Part shown: one piece after another, positions 1-9,766 of the stretch | Position numbering within the stretch: the stretch's first letter is position 1 | Layout: each line of letters begins with the position of its first letter | Assembly: GCA_040878325.1 (NCBI GenBank) | Contig: JBBDMM010000018.1 | Coordinates: 147,083-199,922, forward strand | DNA: 52,840 bases | Direction: 5' to 3' | Source of the DNA: Acidimicrobiia bacterium | GTDB taxonomy: Bacteria > Actinomycetota > Acidimicrobiia > Spongiisociales > UBA11373 | The notes under the pieces: model-generated | The model's database searches: none | Seen by the model: only the letters and a program-made list of their open reading frames with translations | What the model was told of the DNA's origin: nothing | Made by a program: the position numbers and the translations under genes

Positions 1-257
1 GGGAACAGGGCGAAGTCCTGGAACACCATCCCGAAACCCCGCAGATGGGCCGGGCTGGCGGTGACATCGGTGCCCTCCCACAGGACCGCGCCTGCCGCCG
101 GGCGGTGCAGCCCGGCCACCACCCGCAGCAGGGTGGTCTTGCCCGATCCGCTCCCGCCGAGGATGGCGACGATCTCGCCGGAGCCCACGGTGAGGTCGAC
201 CCCGGTAAGCACCGGTAGCGGCCCGAACCGGGCGGAGATTGCGCGCAACTCGAGCAT
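1..257 (-). CDS. thiQ: ABC transporter ATP-binding subunit (thiamine, ThiQ-like), N-terminal part; runs off the window
   Basis: Manual translation MLELRAISARFG...GGSGSGKTTLLR...GMVFQDFALFP (Walker A, Q-loop); ATGA overlap with upstream permease. Confidence 0.8.
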   Translation of the reverse strand, partial: MLELRAISARFGPLPVLTGVDLTVGSGEIVAILGGSGSGKTTLLRVVAGLHRPAAGAVLWEGTDVTASPAHLRGFGMVFQDFALF

Positions 258-1855
258 CAGAACGCCCCCGGACCGGGCATGCGGGCTCGTTCCACTGCCA
301 GGATCGCGGCGGTGGTGATCGCCATCAGCAGCACACTCAACGCCATCGCCTGGCCGAAGTTGAGCACCCCGGGGCGGCCGAGGAAGCGGAAGATGGCAAT
401 GGGGATGGTCGGCCCGCCGGGCCGGGCGAGGAACAGGGTGGCCCCGAACTCACCCAGCGAGATGGCAAAGGCAAAGGCCGCCCCCACTGCGGCGACCCGG
501 GAGACGATCGGCAGGTCGACCTCGCGGAAGGTCCGCCCCGGTGACGCTCCCAGCGTGGCCGCCGCCTCGCGCAGCCGACCCCGTACCGCCCGCAGCACCG
601 GTACCGACGATCGCACCACGAACGGAGCCGCCACCAGGGCGTGGGCGATCGGGATCAGCGCCAGCGATGCCCGCAGGTCGACCGGCCAGTCGAGGGCGAT
701 GAGGAAGCCGAACCCCACCGTCACCGCCGAAGTGCCCAGGGGCAGCATCAGCAGGGTGTCGAACCATCGGGAGAGCCGCCCGCGCCGGGCCGCGATCAAC
801 ACGGCCGCCGGCAGGCCCACCCCGAGGGCGATCACCGTCGCTGCCACCGCGAACCCGAGCGAGTTGCCGATCGCCGCCCCGCTGTCGACCAGGTCGTCGG
901 ACCCGAGCGCCCGGTATGCCTGGAGGCCGAACCCGCCACCGGCGGTGAGCGACCGCCACAGCAACACCAGTGGCGGTCCCAGCACCAGCAGGCCGGTGGC
1001 ACCGAGGATGCCGGCGACCAGCGCCCGTTCCCGGCCGCCCTGGATCCGCCGCGCCGTTTCCCGCACCGGGCGCAGCGTCTGTTCCACCGTGTGCCGCTCC
1101 TGATACCGGGCATAGGCGGCGAGGGCGGCCACCACGCCGATCATCTGGAGCAGGGCGAGCACCGCCGCCCCGGGCAGGTCGAGCAGCAGGGCGAAGCGGC
1201 GGTAGATCTCCACCTCGACAGTGGCGATGCGGGGGCCGCCGAGGATCAGCACCGTGCCGAACGAGGTGAGGGTGAACAGGAAAACGATCGACGAGGCTGC
1301 CGCCAGCGCCGGTCGCAGTAGGGGCAGGGTCACCCGGGTGAAGGTGCGCCACGGGGAGTAGCCGAGCGAGCGGGCGGCGTCCTCGAGGCGGGGGTCGAGG
1401 TGGCCCCACACCCCGCCGACGAGTCGCACCACCACGGCGACGTTGAAGAACACATGGGCAGCGAGGATCACCCACACGGTGCCGTGGAGGTCGATCCCGA
1501 GCAGGCCGCTGGGCCCTGCCAGGGCGAGGAAGGCGGTTCCCACCACCACGGTGGGCAGCACGAACGGCACGGTGGCGATCGCCCGGGCCAGGCTGCGGCC
1601 GGGAAACTCGAACCGGGACAGCACCCATGTGGCCGGCATCGCCACGATCACCGTGAGGACCGTCGACACCACCGCCTGCCACAGCGTGAACCAGGCGACG
1701 CCGCGCAGGCCCCGGTCGCCGAAGACCCGCCCGATGGCATCTGCCCCGCCCTCGACCAACCCGGTGGTGATGATCGACGCCACCGGCCACACGAAGAACG
1801 CCCCCAGGAAGGCGACCGGGACGACGGCGAGGGCGATCGCCGTCCGTCGGGTCAC
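257..1855 (-). CDS. thiP: Thiamine ABC transporter permease (ThiP/FbpB-type, duplicated TM domain)
   Basis: FTLWQAVVST, two EAA loops (LEDAARSLG, LREAAATLG), SLGEFGAT; GTG start overlaps thiB stop. Confidence 0.85.
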   Translation of the reverse strand: MTRRTAIALAVVPVAFLGAFFVWPVASIITTGLVEGGADAIGRVFGDRGLRGVAWFTLWQAVVSTVLTVIVAMPATWVLSRFEFPGRSLARAIATVPFVLPTVVVGTAFLALAGPSGLLGIDLHGTVWVILAAHVFFNVAVVVRLVGGVWGHLDPRLEDAARSLGYSPWRTFTRVTLPLLRPALAAASSIVFLFTLTSFGTVLILGGPRIATVEVEIYRRFALLLDLPGAAVLALLQMIGVVAALAAYARYQERHTVEQTLRPVRETARRIQGGRERALVAGILGATGLLVLGPPLVLLWRSLTAGGGFGLQAYRALGSDDLVDSGAAIGNSLGFAVAATVIALGVGLPAAVLIAARRGRLSRWFDTLLMLPLGTSAVTVGFGFLIALDWPVDLRASLALIPIAHALVAAPFVVRSSVPVLRAVRGRLREAAATLGASPGRTFREVDLPIVSRVAAVGAAFAFAISLGEFGATLFLARPGGPTIPIAIFRFLGRPGVLNFGQAMALSVLLMAITTAAILAVERARMPGPGAF

Positions 1856-2871
1856 CGCAGCACCACCTCGATCCATTCGTCGAGCCAGCGCTCCCGGTTG
1901 GCCCCGATCACCTCGGGGGCGAGGCCGGGCGGAGTGTCGGTGGGCCGCTCGCCGAACCACGCGGGCAACTCGGCCTCGGGCCGCACCGGGTATACGAACA
2001 TCTGCCCCGGCACGTCCTCCTGGAACTGCAGGCTGAGCATGAAGTCGATGAACTTGCGGGCGTTCTGCGGATGGTCGGCGTTGACCAGGATCCCGGCGAA
2101 CTCGATCTGGCGGTAACAGCCGTCGCGGATCACCGCGGTGGAGGTTTCCGGGATCGGCGGCTCGGCATCGATCACTTCGGCCGCCGGCGAGGTGGCATAC
2201 GACACCACGATCGGGCGATCGCCGTCGCCTGCCCCCGAGAACATCCCGTAGTAGGCGGTGCCCCAGTCGGGGGCGATCTCTACGTCGTTGGCCCGCAGGT
2301 CGGCCCAGTAGTCGAGCCACGTGTAGTCACCGCTCTCGCCGAACCGGACGATCGTGGCCAGCATGAACGCCAGGCCGGGGGAGGAGATCGTCGGATCCTG
2401 CACCACCAGCATCCCCCGGTAGCGGGGGTCGGTCAGGTCCTCCAGGGTCGCCGGCGGCGGCAACTCGCCACCGAATGCGCTCCGGTCGTAGTTGATGCAG
2501 ACGTCCCCGTAATCGATCGGGGTGACGAACGGGCTGAGCTCGAACTCGTCGGGGATCTCCGGTATCAGGAAGGACTCGTAGCGCACGAAGATCTCGGCGT
2601 CGAGCGCACGGGAGAGCAGGGTGTTGTCGACCCCGAACAGGATGTCGGTGACCGGGTTGCCTTTGGTGAGGGCCGCCTGGTTGACGATCAACCCGGCGTC
2701 GCCACCACGGATGATCGTCACCTCGATCCCCGTCTCCGCAGTGAATGCGGCGAGCACCTCATCGGACACCTCGAAGAAGTCGTGGGCGACGATCCGGACC
2801 ACCGGCGGCTCGGCGACGCAGGACGCGGTGAGCAGGGCGAGAACGGCGCCGGTGGCGATCAAGCGCTTCAT
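1852..2871 (-). CDS. thiB: Thiamine ABC transporter substrate-binding lipoprotein
   Basis: Lipobox LTASC; GDAG, FGVDN, PIDYGDVC, SSPGLAF, SYATSPAA, RQIEFAG, MFVYP motifs; TPP riboswitch operon. Confidence 0.9.
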   Translation of the reverse strand: MKRLIATGAVLALLTASCVAEPPVVRIVAHDFFEVSDEVLAAFTAETGIEVTIIRGGDAGLIVNQAALTKGNPVTDILFGVDNTLLSRALDAEIFVRYESFLIPEIPDEFELSPFVTPIDYGDVCINYDRSAFGGELPPPATLEDLTDPRYRGMLVVQDPTISSPGLAFMLATIVRFGESGDYTWLDYWADLRANDVEIAPDWGTAYYGMFSGAGDGDRPIVVSYATSPAAEVIDAEPPIPETSTAVIRDGCYRQIEFAGILVNADHPQNARKFIDFMLSLQFQEDVPGQMFVYPVRPEAELPAWFGERPTDTPPGLAPEVIGANRERWLDEWIEVVLR

Positions 2872-3509
2872 GCGGAGGTTCCTCTCGTGTGGATGACAAG
2901 TGCTTGGCCCCCGGCGGCCGTGAGGTGGGCTGTGTGGCCGATCATGCGATTGCTGATGCTGCGGCTCGAGTCGGGTTCCAGGACTGCCTCTTCCAGGCCC
3001 CACTCGAGCCCGGTCACAGACACGGTCACCGGGCCGCCCATGGGGACGATGGACACGATGTCGCCCGGTACGCCGTCGACATCGACAGACTCATGGAGCG
3101 GGACCACCCGGGAGGCACCCATGCGCCACTCGAGATTCAGCCCGGCGTAGCGGGGCGCCGCCACCAGCGCGGCGTTGGCCAGCAAGTGATCGATCCGTTC
3201 GAGGGCGGTTCCTCCGACGATCACCACCCGCTCGAATCCGCGGGCGACGGCGGCGTCGAGCGCCAGTTCCAGGTCGGTGGCGTCCTTGTCCTCCGGGTGC
3301 CGTTCGATGGTCGCCCCTTGCTCCTCGGCGAGGTGGAGCGAGGTCGGATCGGCCGAGTCGAGATCACCGACCACCAGGTCGACGTGGAGTCCGAGGCGCT
3401 CGGCCATCGCCAGGCCGCCGTCGGCGGCGATGACGAATCCCGGATGCGGCACCGGGTCGACCGGGGGCGCGGCATCGCCTCCAGCGAGTATCAGGCAGAT
3501 ATCGGTCAC
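2868..3509 (-). CDS. thiN: Thiamine pyrophosphokinase
   Basis: IAADGG, VVGDLDS, KDATDLELA, RIDHLLAN, SISN motifs; GTG after GGAGGGAG. Confidence 0.9.
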   Translation of the reverse strand: MTDICLILAGGDAAPPVDPVPHPGFVIAADGGLAMAERLGLHVDLVVGDLDSADPTSLHLAEEQGATIERHPEDKDATDLELALDAAVARGFERVVIVGGTALERIDHLLANAALVAAPRYAGLNLEWRMGASRVVPLHESVDVDGVPGDIVSIVPMGGPVTVSVTGLEWGLEEAVLEPDSSRSISNRMIGHTAHLTAAGGQALVIHTRGTSA

Positions 3510-3606
3510 GACTCCCTCCGCTGGCATTACCCAGATCAGGTTCGGTCGGGTCGGTGGCGGAACGGCCACCCTCTCAGCTCAGCTCCCCGAGCTCCCCGGT
3601 GTGTTC
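3510..3606 (-). ncRNA. TPP (thi-box) riboswitch
   Basis: Minus strand GGGGAG...GCTGAGAG...GACCCG..GAACCTGATCTGGGTAATGCCAGCGGAGGGAG immediately before thiN. Confidence 0.95.
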
Positions 3607-3652
3607 TTGCGCTCTGAGTCTACGTGTTCGGTGCGATGTCGGGGTTTGGGAA

Positions 3653-3673
3653 GCGATTGGCGATTGGCGATTG
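3653..3673. repeat. Heptamer tandem tract (GCGATTG)x3
   Basis: Direct read; same unit at ~29788, 35658, 44974 in reverse orientation. Confidence 0.85.
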
Positions 3674-3683
3674 GGAGGTCTGT

Positions 3684-3841
3684 CCTGGCCGCACGCTGTC
3701 TCAGCTGCCCCCTCCGTCTCGCTTCGCTCGCCACCTCCCCCGGAAGCCGGGGGAGGACGCGCTTGCCCTGGCCGCACGCTGTCTCAGCTGCCCCCTCCGT
3801 CTCGCTTCGCTCGCCACCTCCCCCGGAAAGCCGGGGGAGGA
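3684..3841 (-). repeat. Two tandem copies (83-bp period) of a REP-like palindromic element
   Basis: CAGCTGCCCCCTCCGTCTCGCTTCGCTCGCCACCTCCCCCGGAAGCCGGGGGAGGA x2. Confidence 0.9.
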
Positions 3842-3845
3842 TCCC

Positions 3846-3884
3846 TTGACAACCTGACATCAACATGACATCATCCTGCTGTCA
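3846..3884 (+). promoter_or_regulatory. SigA-type promoter TTGACA-N17-CATCAT overlapped by TGACATCA operator sites
   Basis: TTGACA 3846-3851; TGACATCA at 3855 and 3866; inverted TGCTGTCA at 3877. Confidence 0.7.
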
Positions 3885-3915
3885 CAACGACACTGAAGTG
3901 ACAGGAGGAGGAGTA

Positions 3916-4074
3916 ATGTTGATCTCGAGCAAGACGATCAAGGCGATCGGCCAGGAACGGCACCGTCGGACCGTGGTGCTGCGGGCCCGTACGATCGAGC
4001 AGGCGACCGACCTGGACCGCAGCCTTGCGGCCCCGGTCGGACTGCTCGTTTCGACGGCAACCACCGGCCGATGA
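3916..4074 (+). CDS. Small 52-aa protein, first gene of the RHH-DUF4097 operon
   Basis: Strong RBS AGGAGGAGGA before ATG; fills the space between promoter and RHH gene. Confidence 0.55.
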   Translation: MLISSKTIKAIGQERHRRTVVLRARTIEQATDLDRSLAAPVGLLVSTATTGR

Positions 4075-4088
4075 CTCAGGAGGCACGG

Positions 4089-4532
4089 ATGGACACCACG
4101 ATGGCGATGGCCAGACTCCAGGGAGCGATCGAGCAGCAGGTGCTCGTGGCCGGAGGCGACCCCGAAGTCGAGGCCGCGTCCCGAGCTCTCCTCAGCGCCC
4201 TCGAGCCGGCGGTGCGGCAGCTGGCCTATGACCTGGCCGAACAGGCCGCGGCGGAAGTCTCCGGGCAACTCGGTGGTTACGACGTCGACGTCGTGCTCGC
4301 CTCCGGCGAGCCGTCCATCCGGGTTCGAGCGCGCGATTCCGTCGAGGCACCCGGCGGCGAGTCGCTCGACGCCCGCATCACCCTCCGGCTCCCGCCCACC
4401 CTCAAGGAGCTGATCGAGTCGGCCGCCGAGGAGCGCGGCGAGTCCCTCAACTCGTGGCTCGTCAAAACGATTTCGATCAAGGCCGACACCCGCGGAAAGT
4501 CCCGCACGATTCAGGGAACGATCGAGACATGA
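4089..4532 (+). CDS. HicB-like / ribbon-helix-helix DNA-binding protein
   Basis: C-terminal ARITLRLPPTLKELIESAAEERGESLNSWLV (RHH); LEPAVRQLAYDLAEQAAAEV N-domain; RBS GGAGG. Confidence 0.8.
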   Translation: MDTTMAMARLQGAIEQQVLVAGGDPEVEAASRALLSALEPAVRQLAYDLAEQAAAEVSGQLGGYDVDVVLASGEPSIRVRARDSVEAPGGESLDARITLRLPPTLKELIESAAEERGESLNSWLVKTISIKADTRGKSRTIQGTIET

Positions 4533-5293
4533 AGGAATTCCGTTTCCCCAGCTCGGGCACCCCGACCGTCTCGCTGCGACTGCCGTCGGGCGAGGTGCGG
4601 ATCGTCCAGGGAGAGCCGGGCGAGATCACCGTCCAGCTCGAGGGGCGTTCCTCGACGGTCGACAGGTTCATCGTCGAGGACCGCGGGGGCGAGATCGTGA
4701 TCGAGCCCGAGCGGTCTTCGAAGGGCCGCTGGTCGTCGGTCGAGGTCACCATCTGGTGCTTCGATCCGATCAACTTCCGCGGTCGCCTGGTTGCGGCGGA
4801 CATCAATTCGGCCGTCGAACTCGCCTCCGCTCACATCGAGAGCGCGTCGGGCGACATCCACCTCAGCGATGTGTTGGGAGACGCCACCATGAGGTCGGCC
4901 TCCGGTGACATCAAGGCCGGTCTCGTGGCCGGCCACCTCGAAGTTGCCGCCGCTTCCGGCGACGTGCGCGCGGTGCACGTCAAAGGGACGGCCTCGATCA
5001 AGACCGCTTCGGGCGATATCAAGGTCGGCTCGGTAGACGGCGAGTTCCAGGCCAAGTCGGCATCCGGAAGCGTCGTCGTCAACCGCTTCGACGGCCCGTC
5101 ATTCGATGCCAAGAGCCTTTCGGGCGACATCTCGCTCGGCGTACCCGCAGGCCGGAAGTTCGATGTCGCCTTCCAGACGCTCAGCGGTGAGGTGCGCACC
5201 GACTTCCCGGTGGGCCACGGCGGCGATGGCGCCCCGGCCCGGCTCAGCATCAAGACCGTCTCCGGCGACATCACGGTCACAGGAAGCAGGTAG
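4529..5293 (+). CDS. DUF4097 family beta-strand repeat protein
   Basis: Repeated (S/T)ASGD(I/V) / TxSGD units; ATGA-coupled to the RHH gene. Confidence 0.85.
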   Translation: MKEFRFPSSGTPTVSLRLPSGEVRIVQGEPGEITVQLEGRSSTVDRFIVEDRGGEIVIEPERSSKGRWSSVEVTIWCFDPINFRGRLVAADINSAVELASAHIESASGDIHLSDVLGDATMRSASGDIKAGLVAGHLEVAAASGDVRAVHVKGTASIKTASGDIKVGSVDGEFQAKSASGSVVVNRFDGPSFDAKSLSGDISLGVPAGRKFDVAFQTLSGEVRTDFPVGHGGDGAPARLSIKTVSGDITVTGSR

Positions 5294-5307
5294 ATAGGAG
5301 TCAAGAA

Positions 5308-6075
5308 TCAAGAAGTCTTGACTCTTGGATCTTGACTCATAGCCACTGCGGCCTCGAACACCGGGATCGCTTCCTCGGCGAAGATGGCGTGGCCCAGGCC
5401 GCACGCGTGGAACTGATCGCCGGCGAACAACGCGGGGTCGTCGCGGAACGCCTCGATGATCCGACCACGGGTGTGCACCTTGAGAGTGCGCCGGTGGGCA
5501 ACGGCGACCTCGCGGCAGATCCGGTCGAACCGGGCCGACCGCCGGCTCGCCAGCCGGCTCAAGGTGGGCGGTAGGCGGGGGATCGAACCGAGGTCGCCCA
5601 TCCCGTAGAGCACCACGACGCTCCCCGCCCCCTCGAGCGCCACCACGATCTCCTCCAGGTCCCGGTGGAACCTTGCCGCGGGGGTGCCACGTAAAGCGTC
5701 GTTGGCACCGACGGACAGCGAGACCACATCCGGGCGCAAGCGCAGCGCCTCGGTCAGCTGGCCTTGGATGACATCGCGGGCCTTCGAGCCGCCCACGGCC
5801 AGGCTGATCAGCTCGACGCGGTAGCGGTCGGCGAATGATCGCGCCACGGTCCGGATCCAGACGTCCTCGATGTCCTCCACCCCGGGGGCCGTGGTGGAGG
5901 AGTCGCCCAGGGCGACAATGCGGAACGGGCGAGCGGCCGGGTCTCCGAAGACGCCGGACGGATCCTGATTCGGGTACGTAGGCAGGTCGCGGCGTACCGC
6001 GGCTCGTATGACTTCGCCGGCGACGATGGCGGCTACGGCGAGGGGTACCGACGCGACTCTTCGCTTGACACTCAT
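5308..6075 (-). CDS. SGNH/GDSL hydrolase
   Basis: LGDSS, AVGGS, VGAND, DQFH blocks; TACTCT -10 before ATG. Confidence 0.85.
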   Translation of the reverse strand: MSVKRRVASVPLAVAAIVAGEVIRAAVRRDLPTYPNQDPSGVFGDPAARPFRIVALGDSSTTAPGVEDIEDVWIRTVARSFADRYRVELISLAVGGSKARDVIQGQLTEALRLRPDVVSLSVGANDALRGTPAARFHRDLEEIVVALEGAGSVVVLYGMGDLGSIPRLPPTLSRLASRRSARFDRICREVAVAHRRTLKVHTRGRIIEAFRDDPALFAGDQFHACGLGHAIFAEEAIPVFEAAVAMSQDPRVKTS

Positions 6076-6151
6076 GGCGCGCCGAGAGTACCTGGCTTGA
6101 CCAGATCGATTCCTGATCCGAGGATGCGGCAGCACGCAAGGGGAGAATGGC

Positions 6152-7180
6152 ATGCGACTGGGCCTGAATCTGGGATATGCCGGGGCGAAGGTCGATCCGC
6201 GGATGGACCTGGTCGTCGAGGCCGACCGCCTGGGATATCACTCGGTGTGGGTCGCCGAGGTCTACGGCAGCGACGCCGTGTCGATGCTCGCCTGGTACGG
6301 GGCGTCCACCGAGCGCATCCACCTGGGCAGCGGCATCCTCCAGATGCCCGCCCGCACCCCGGCAATGACGGCGATGACGGCGGTGACGCTGTCGGAACTC
6401 TCGGGTGGGCGATTTCTGCTCGGCCTCGGCACCTCTGGCCCCCAGGTGGTGGAGGGCTGGCATGGCGTGCCCTACGGCAAGCCACTCGGGGTGACCCGGG
6501 AGTACGTGTCGATCGTCCGCTCCGCCCTGGCCCGGGAGAAGCTCGAACATCACGGCACCTACTACCAGATTCCCTACGACGGGCCCGGGGCGTCTGGCCT
6601 CGGCCGGCCGTTGCGCCTCACCGTCCATCCCACCCACGAGGTACCGATCTATCTCGCCGCCATCGGCCCCAAGAACGTCGCCCTCACCGCCGAGATCGCC
6701 GACGGCTGGCTGCCGTTCTGGTTCTCCCCGTACCGGGCCGGCGAGGTGTTCGCCGACGCCATGGCGGAGGGGTTCGCCAGGTCGGGTGATCCGTCGAAGC
6801 GGGACCGCTTCGACATCGCCCCAACGGTTCCCGCCGTCGTCACCGACAACACTGAGCAGGCACTGTGGGGGGTCAAGCCGCTGCTCGCCCTGTATGTGGG
6901 GGGCATGGGCGCCCGCGGCAAGAACTTCTACTTCGACCTGGTCTGCCGGTACGGGTACGAGGCCGAAGCCACCAAGATCCAGGACCTCTACCTCGCCGGC
7001 GAGAAGGAGGCCGCGGTGATGGCGGTCCCCGACGCACTCGTCGAGGAAGTTGCCCTCATCGGTCCGCCCGCCGCGCTTCGTGACAAACTCGAGGCATGGA
7101 AGGAGTCCGGCGTCACCACCCTGTGCCTCGTCGCCCAGGACGTGGAGACGCTGCGAACCCTGGCCGAGCTGGCTCTCTAG
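6152..7180 (+). CDS. LLM-class F420-dependent oxidoreductase
   Basis: [38 protein letters not shown] motifs. Confidence 0.9.
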   Translation: MRLGLNLGYAGAKVDPRMDLVVEADRLGYHSVWVAEVYGSDAVSMLAWYGASTERIHLGSGILQMPARTPAMTAMTAVTLSELSGGRFLLGLGTSGPQVVEGWHGVPYGKPLGVTREYVSIVRSALAREKLEHHGTYYQIPYDGPGASGLGRPLRLTVHPTHEVPIYLAAIGPKNVALTAEIADGWLPFWFSPYRAGEVFADAMAEGFARSGDPSKRDRFDIAPTVPAVVTDNTEQALWGVKPLLALYVGGMGARGKNFYFDLVCRYGYEAEATKIQDLYLAGEKEAAVMAVPDALVEEVALIGPPAALRDKLEAWKESGVTTLCLVAQDVETLRTLAELAL

Positions 7181-7392
7181 TGGCGGCGGCGATCTACGAG
7201 CCGATCGGCCACCTGCCAGAGAGAGCCTGCCACCAGGAACGCCGCGGCCGACCCCGCCACCAGCCACCAGTCGCCGTAGGCAACGGCGAGGGCGATCAAG
7301 ATGGCACCGGCCAGCCCCGCCACCACGGCGGCGATCGAAGTCGTGCGCGCCAGACCGATGGGGACCCGCTCGGCGATCCGGTCGAACACCAT
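7177..7392 (-). CDS. Small two-TM membrane protein
   Basis: 71-aa ORF with two hydrophobic helices; GC-biased third positions. Confidence 0.55.
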   Translation of the reverse strand: MVFDRIAERVPIGLARTTSIAAVVAGLAGAILIALAVAYGDWWLVAGSAAAFLVAGSLWQVADRLVDRRRH

Positions 7393-7430
7393 GTGATCAG
7401 CGTAAACCGCGCCGGCGATTGGTCGGGGCC

Positions 7431-8420
7431 GTGACGATTCGTGAGGCCGTCGACTCCGGCGATCTCGACCGTCTGGTGCGTCTCGTCGACGGGCTATGCG
7501 CGTCGCGCGACTGGGCCGGGGTGGTGGAGTTGAGGGATCGCTGCCGGCACGCGTTGGAGCGAGGGCTGCAGCTGTGGCCTGCCGCCGAGTTCGCCGAGTA
7601 CCGCCTGGCGCTCGAGGCGCCGGCCGAGTTCGCCGGGCCGGTGGTCGTAGCCGGGGCAGGTCGCTTCGCCCTTGGACCGCTGTGGGAGGTGGCGGCCAGC
7701 ACCCACCCCTGGGACGAACTGCGTGACACCATCGCTTCCGGGCCGGCTCGAGCCCTCGCCGCGCTCGAGCGGGTGATGCGGGGCGAGGATCTCCGCGGAG
7801 ACGACAGCATCGATCGGGGCGTGCTCGACGTGCCCCTGTCGCTCATGTCCTGGGAGCCCCGTTTCGGGCTCGCGGCGTATCGGTCGAACGAGGCCGACTT
7901 CCCCACCCCGGACCTCCCGCACCTGGAGGCGACGAAGCCGGTGGCAGCGGGTGATCCGGTCGAGGACCGCGAGTCGACGGAGGCGCTGTTGGCCCTGGCC
8001 CTGCCCTGGGCCGAGCAGTCGAACGGCCGGGTAGAAGCGATCGCAGTGGAGGGGACCGCCGAGGCGGCCATCGCTGCTCTCGAGCCGGGGCCGGTTCGCA
8101 CCGCCGCGGTCGACGGTCCTGCCGCGCTCGCCTCGATGGCGTGGACCGCGGCCAGCGGCGGGGCGTACGGTCGCCGCCGGGGGGCGCCGATGGGCCGGTT
8201 CGGGGCGTGGTGGGCGGCGGCCGCACTAGCCGGGGTGGAATGGCCACCCGATCCCGACGATTTCGTGAACGATCTCGCCTCGTTGCGCTGGGTGCTGTGG
8301 GAACCGCAGGAGGCTCCGCCCGGATGGTCCGGATCGATCGCCGCCGAGTCGCCCGACGAGGGGATCGGGTGGGCGCTGCTCGCCGTCGACCAGCATCGCG
8401 AGGAGGAAGAGGTCGAGTAG
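7431..8420 (+). CDS. Conserved hypothetical protein
   Basis: GTG start; typical codon usage; WTAASGGAYGRRRG motif; acidic tail. Confidence 0.7.
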   Translation: MTIREAVDSGDLDRLVRLVDGLCASRDWAGVVELRDRCRHALERGLQLWPAAEFAEYRLALEAPAEFAGPVVVAGAGRFALGPLWEVAASTHPWDELRDTIASGPARALAALERVMRGEDLRGDDSIDRGVLDVPLSLMSWEPRFGLAAYRSNEADFPTPDLPHLEATKPVAAGDPVEDRESTEALLALALPWAEQSNGRVEAIAVEGTAEAAIAALEPGPVRTAAVDGPAALASMAWTAASGGAYGRRRGAPMGRFGAWWAAAALAGVEWPPDPDDFVNDLASLRWVLWEPQEAPPGWSGSIAAESPDEGIGWALLAVDQHREEEEVE

Positions 8421-8424
8421 CCGC

Positions 8425-9759
8425 CTACTCCTCGATGTGGTCGGGCAACTCGGTCTCCAGGTTGCGCACCCGGGGGAGCGCATATCCGATCGCGGCGATC
8501 ACCACCACCATCAGGCCGCTGAGGATGAACATGAACCCGACTCCCCGTCCCGGACCGGTTCCGATGAGTGCCCCCACGGATCCGGCGAGGGCGCCGTCCT
8601 CGGCGAGCAGGGGTTCGAAGACGTTGTCCGCGAGCGGTCCGGCGGCGAGCAGTGCGATCGGGGAGATCGCCGAGGCGATCATCCGCCGGATGGCGAACAC
8701 CCGGCCCTGAACCGCCGGCGGCACCTTGGTCTGCCACAGCACCTGGCTGGCGGTGTTGGCGACCGGCACCACCGCCATCATGAAGAACCCGCCGAGACCG
8801 ACCACCAGCAGGGAAGGGGCGATTCCGGCGAACGCGGAGGCGGCCCCGGCGACGGCGATGGCGATCATCGTGCCTCGAACCCGCTTCTTGGGCCCGCCCC
8901 ACGCGCTGACGGCGACGCTGCCGACGATGGCGCCGACGCCGACCGCAGAGAACATCGCCCCGACGGCCGCCTCGGTGGAGAACGCCAGGACCAAGGGGAT
9001 GATGAGCACGTTGACGAACGCCAGGGCGAAGTTGACCCCGGCGTACACCCAGAGGAGGCCGAAGAGGCCGGGGCGGTCCTTGACGTAGCGCCACCCCGCC
9101 TTGGCGTCACCGAGCACCGAGCCGGTGGCGGTGTCGGCATGGGCCTTGGGGCGAGGGATGCGGACCATCATCAGTGTGCCGATCGCCACCATGAAGGTCG
9201 CCGCGTCGGTGATGAGCACCCCGCCGAGGCCGAAGGTGACCAGGATCACTCCGGCGAGCGCCGGGGCGAGCACCAGCGACAGGCCGTCGTTGAGTTGGAC
9301 CAGGCCGTTGGCCCGGCCGAGATGCTTCTTGGGGACGATCAACGGGATCGACGCCATCCACGCCGGGCTCTGGAAGGCGTTCCCGATGGAGCCGACCCCC
9401 ACCAGGCAGTAGATGTGCCACACCTCGAGCGAGTCGGTGAAGAAGAGCACGGCGATGATCAGCGTGGCGACCCCGGCCAGCGAGTCGGCGGCGAGCATCA
9501 CCCGGCGCTGGTCCCACTTGTCGACCAGGGCTCCGGCTATCGGAGAGATGAGCGTCGCAGGCACCCCGTAAGCGAGGCTGGCGATCGCCAGCGCGGTCAC
9601 CGATTCCGTCTCCGTGTAGACCCAGATCTGGAGTCCGAAGGCCGTCAGGGTGGTGCCGACCACCGAGACCAACTGGCCCGCCCAGACGGTGAAGAAGGTG
9701 CGCATTCCCGACGATGCCGGCACGGGGGTCTGGGGCTCGACGGCTGCGGGAATGCTCAT
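8425..9759 (-). CDS. MFS transporter (DHA3/MefA-like exporter)
   Basis: WAGQLVS, GALVDKWDQRRVM, QGRVFA; ~12 TMs; leaderless ATG 9759 after CACTAT. Confidence 0.9.
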   Translation of the reverse strand: MSIPAAVEPQTPVPASSGMRTFFTVWAGQLVSVVGTTLTAFGLQIWVYTETESVTALAIASLAYGVPATLISPIAGALVDKWDQRRVMLAADSLAGVATLIIAVLFFTDSLEVWHIYCLVGVGSIGNAFQSPAWMASIPLIVPKKHLGRANGLVQLNDGLSLVLAPALAGVILVTFGLGGVLITDAATFMVAIGTLMMVRIPRPKAHADTATGSVLGDAKAGWRYVKDRPGLFGLLWVYAGVNFALAFVNVLIIPLVLAFSTEAAVGAMFSAVGVGAIVGSVAVSAWGGPKKRVRGTMIAIAVAGAASAFAGIAPSLLVVGLGGFFMMAVVPVANTASQVLWQTKVPPAVQGRVFAIRRMIASAISPIALLAAGPLADNVFEPLLAEDGALAGSVGALIGTGPGRGVGFMFILSGLMVVVIAAIGYALPRVRNLETELPDHIEE

Positions 9760-9766
9760 AGACGGC

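Noticed and set aside
3684..3841. Possible CRISPR array (also 31038-31210 and 52704-52840)
   Set aside because: Only two long units each, with no unique spacers and no cas genes; the units belong to a dispersed REP-like family
4089..4532. HicAB toxin-antitoxin system
   Set aside because: No HicA-like gene adjacent; the context is DUF4097
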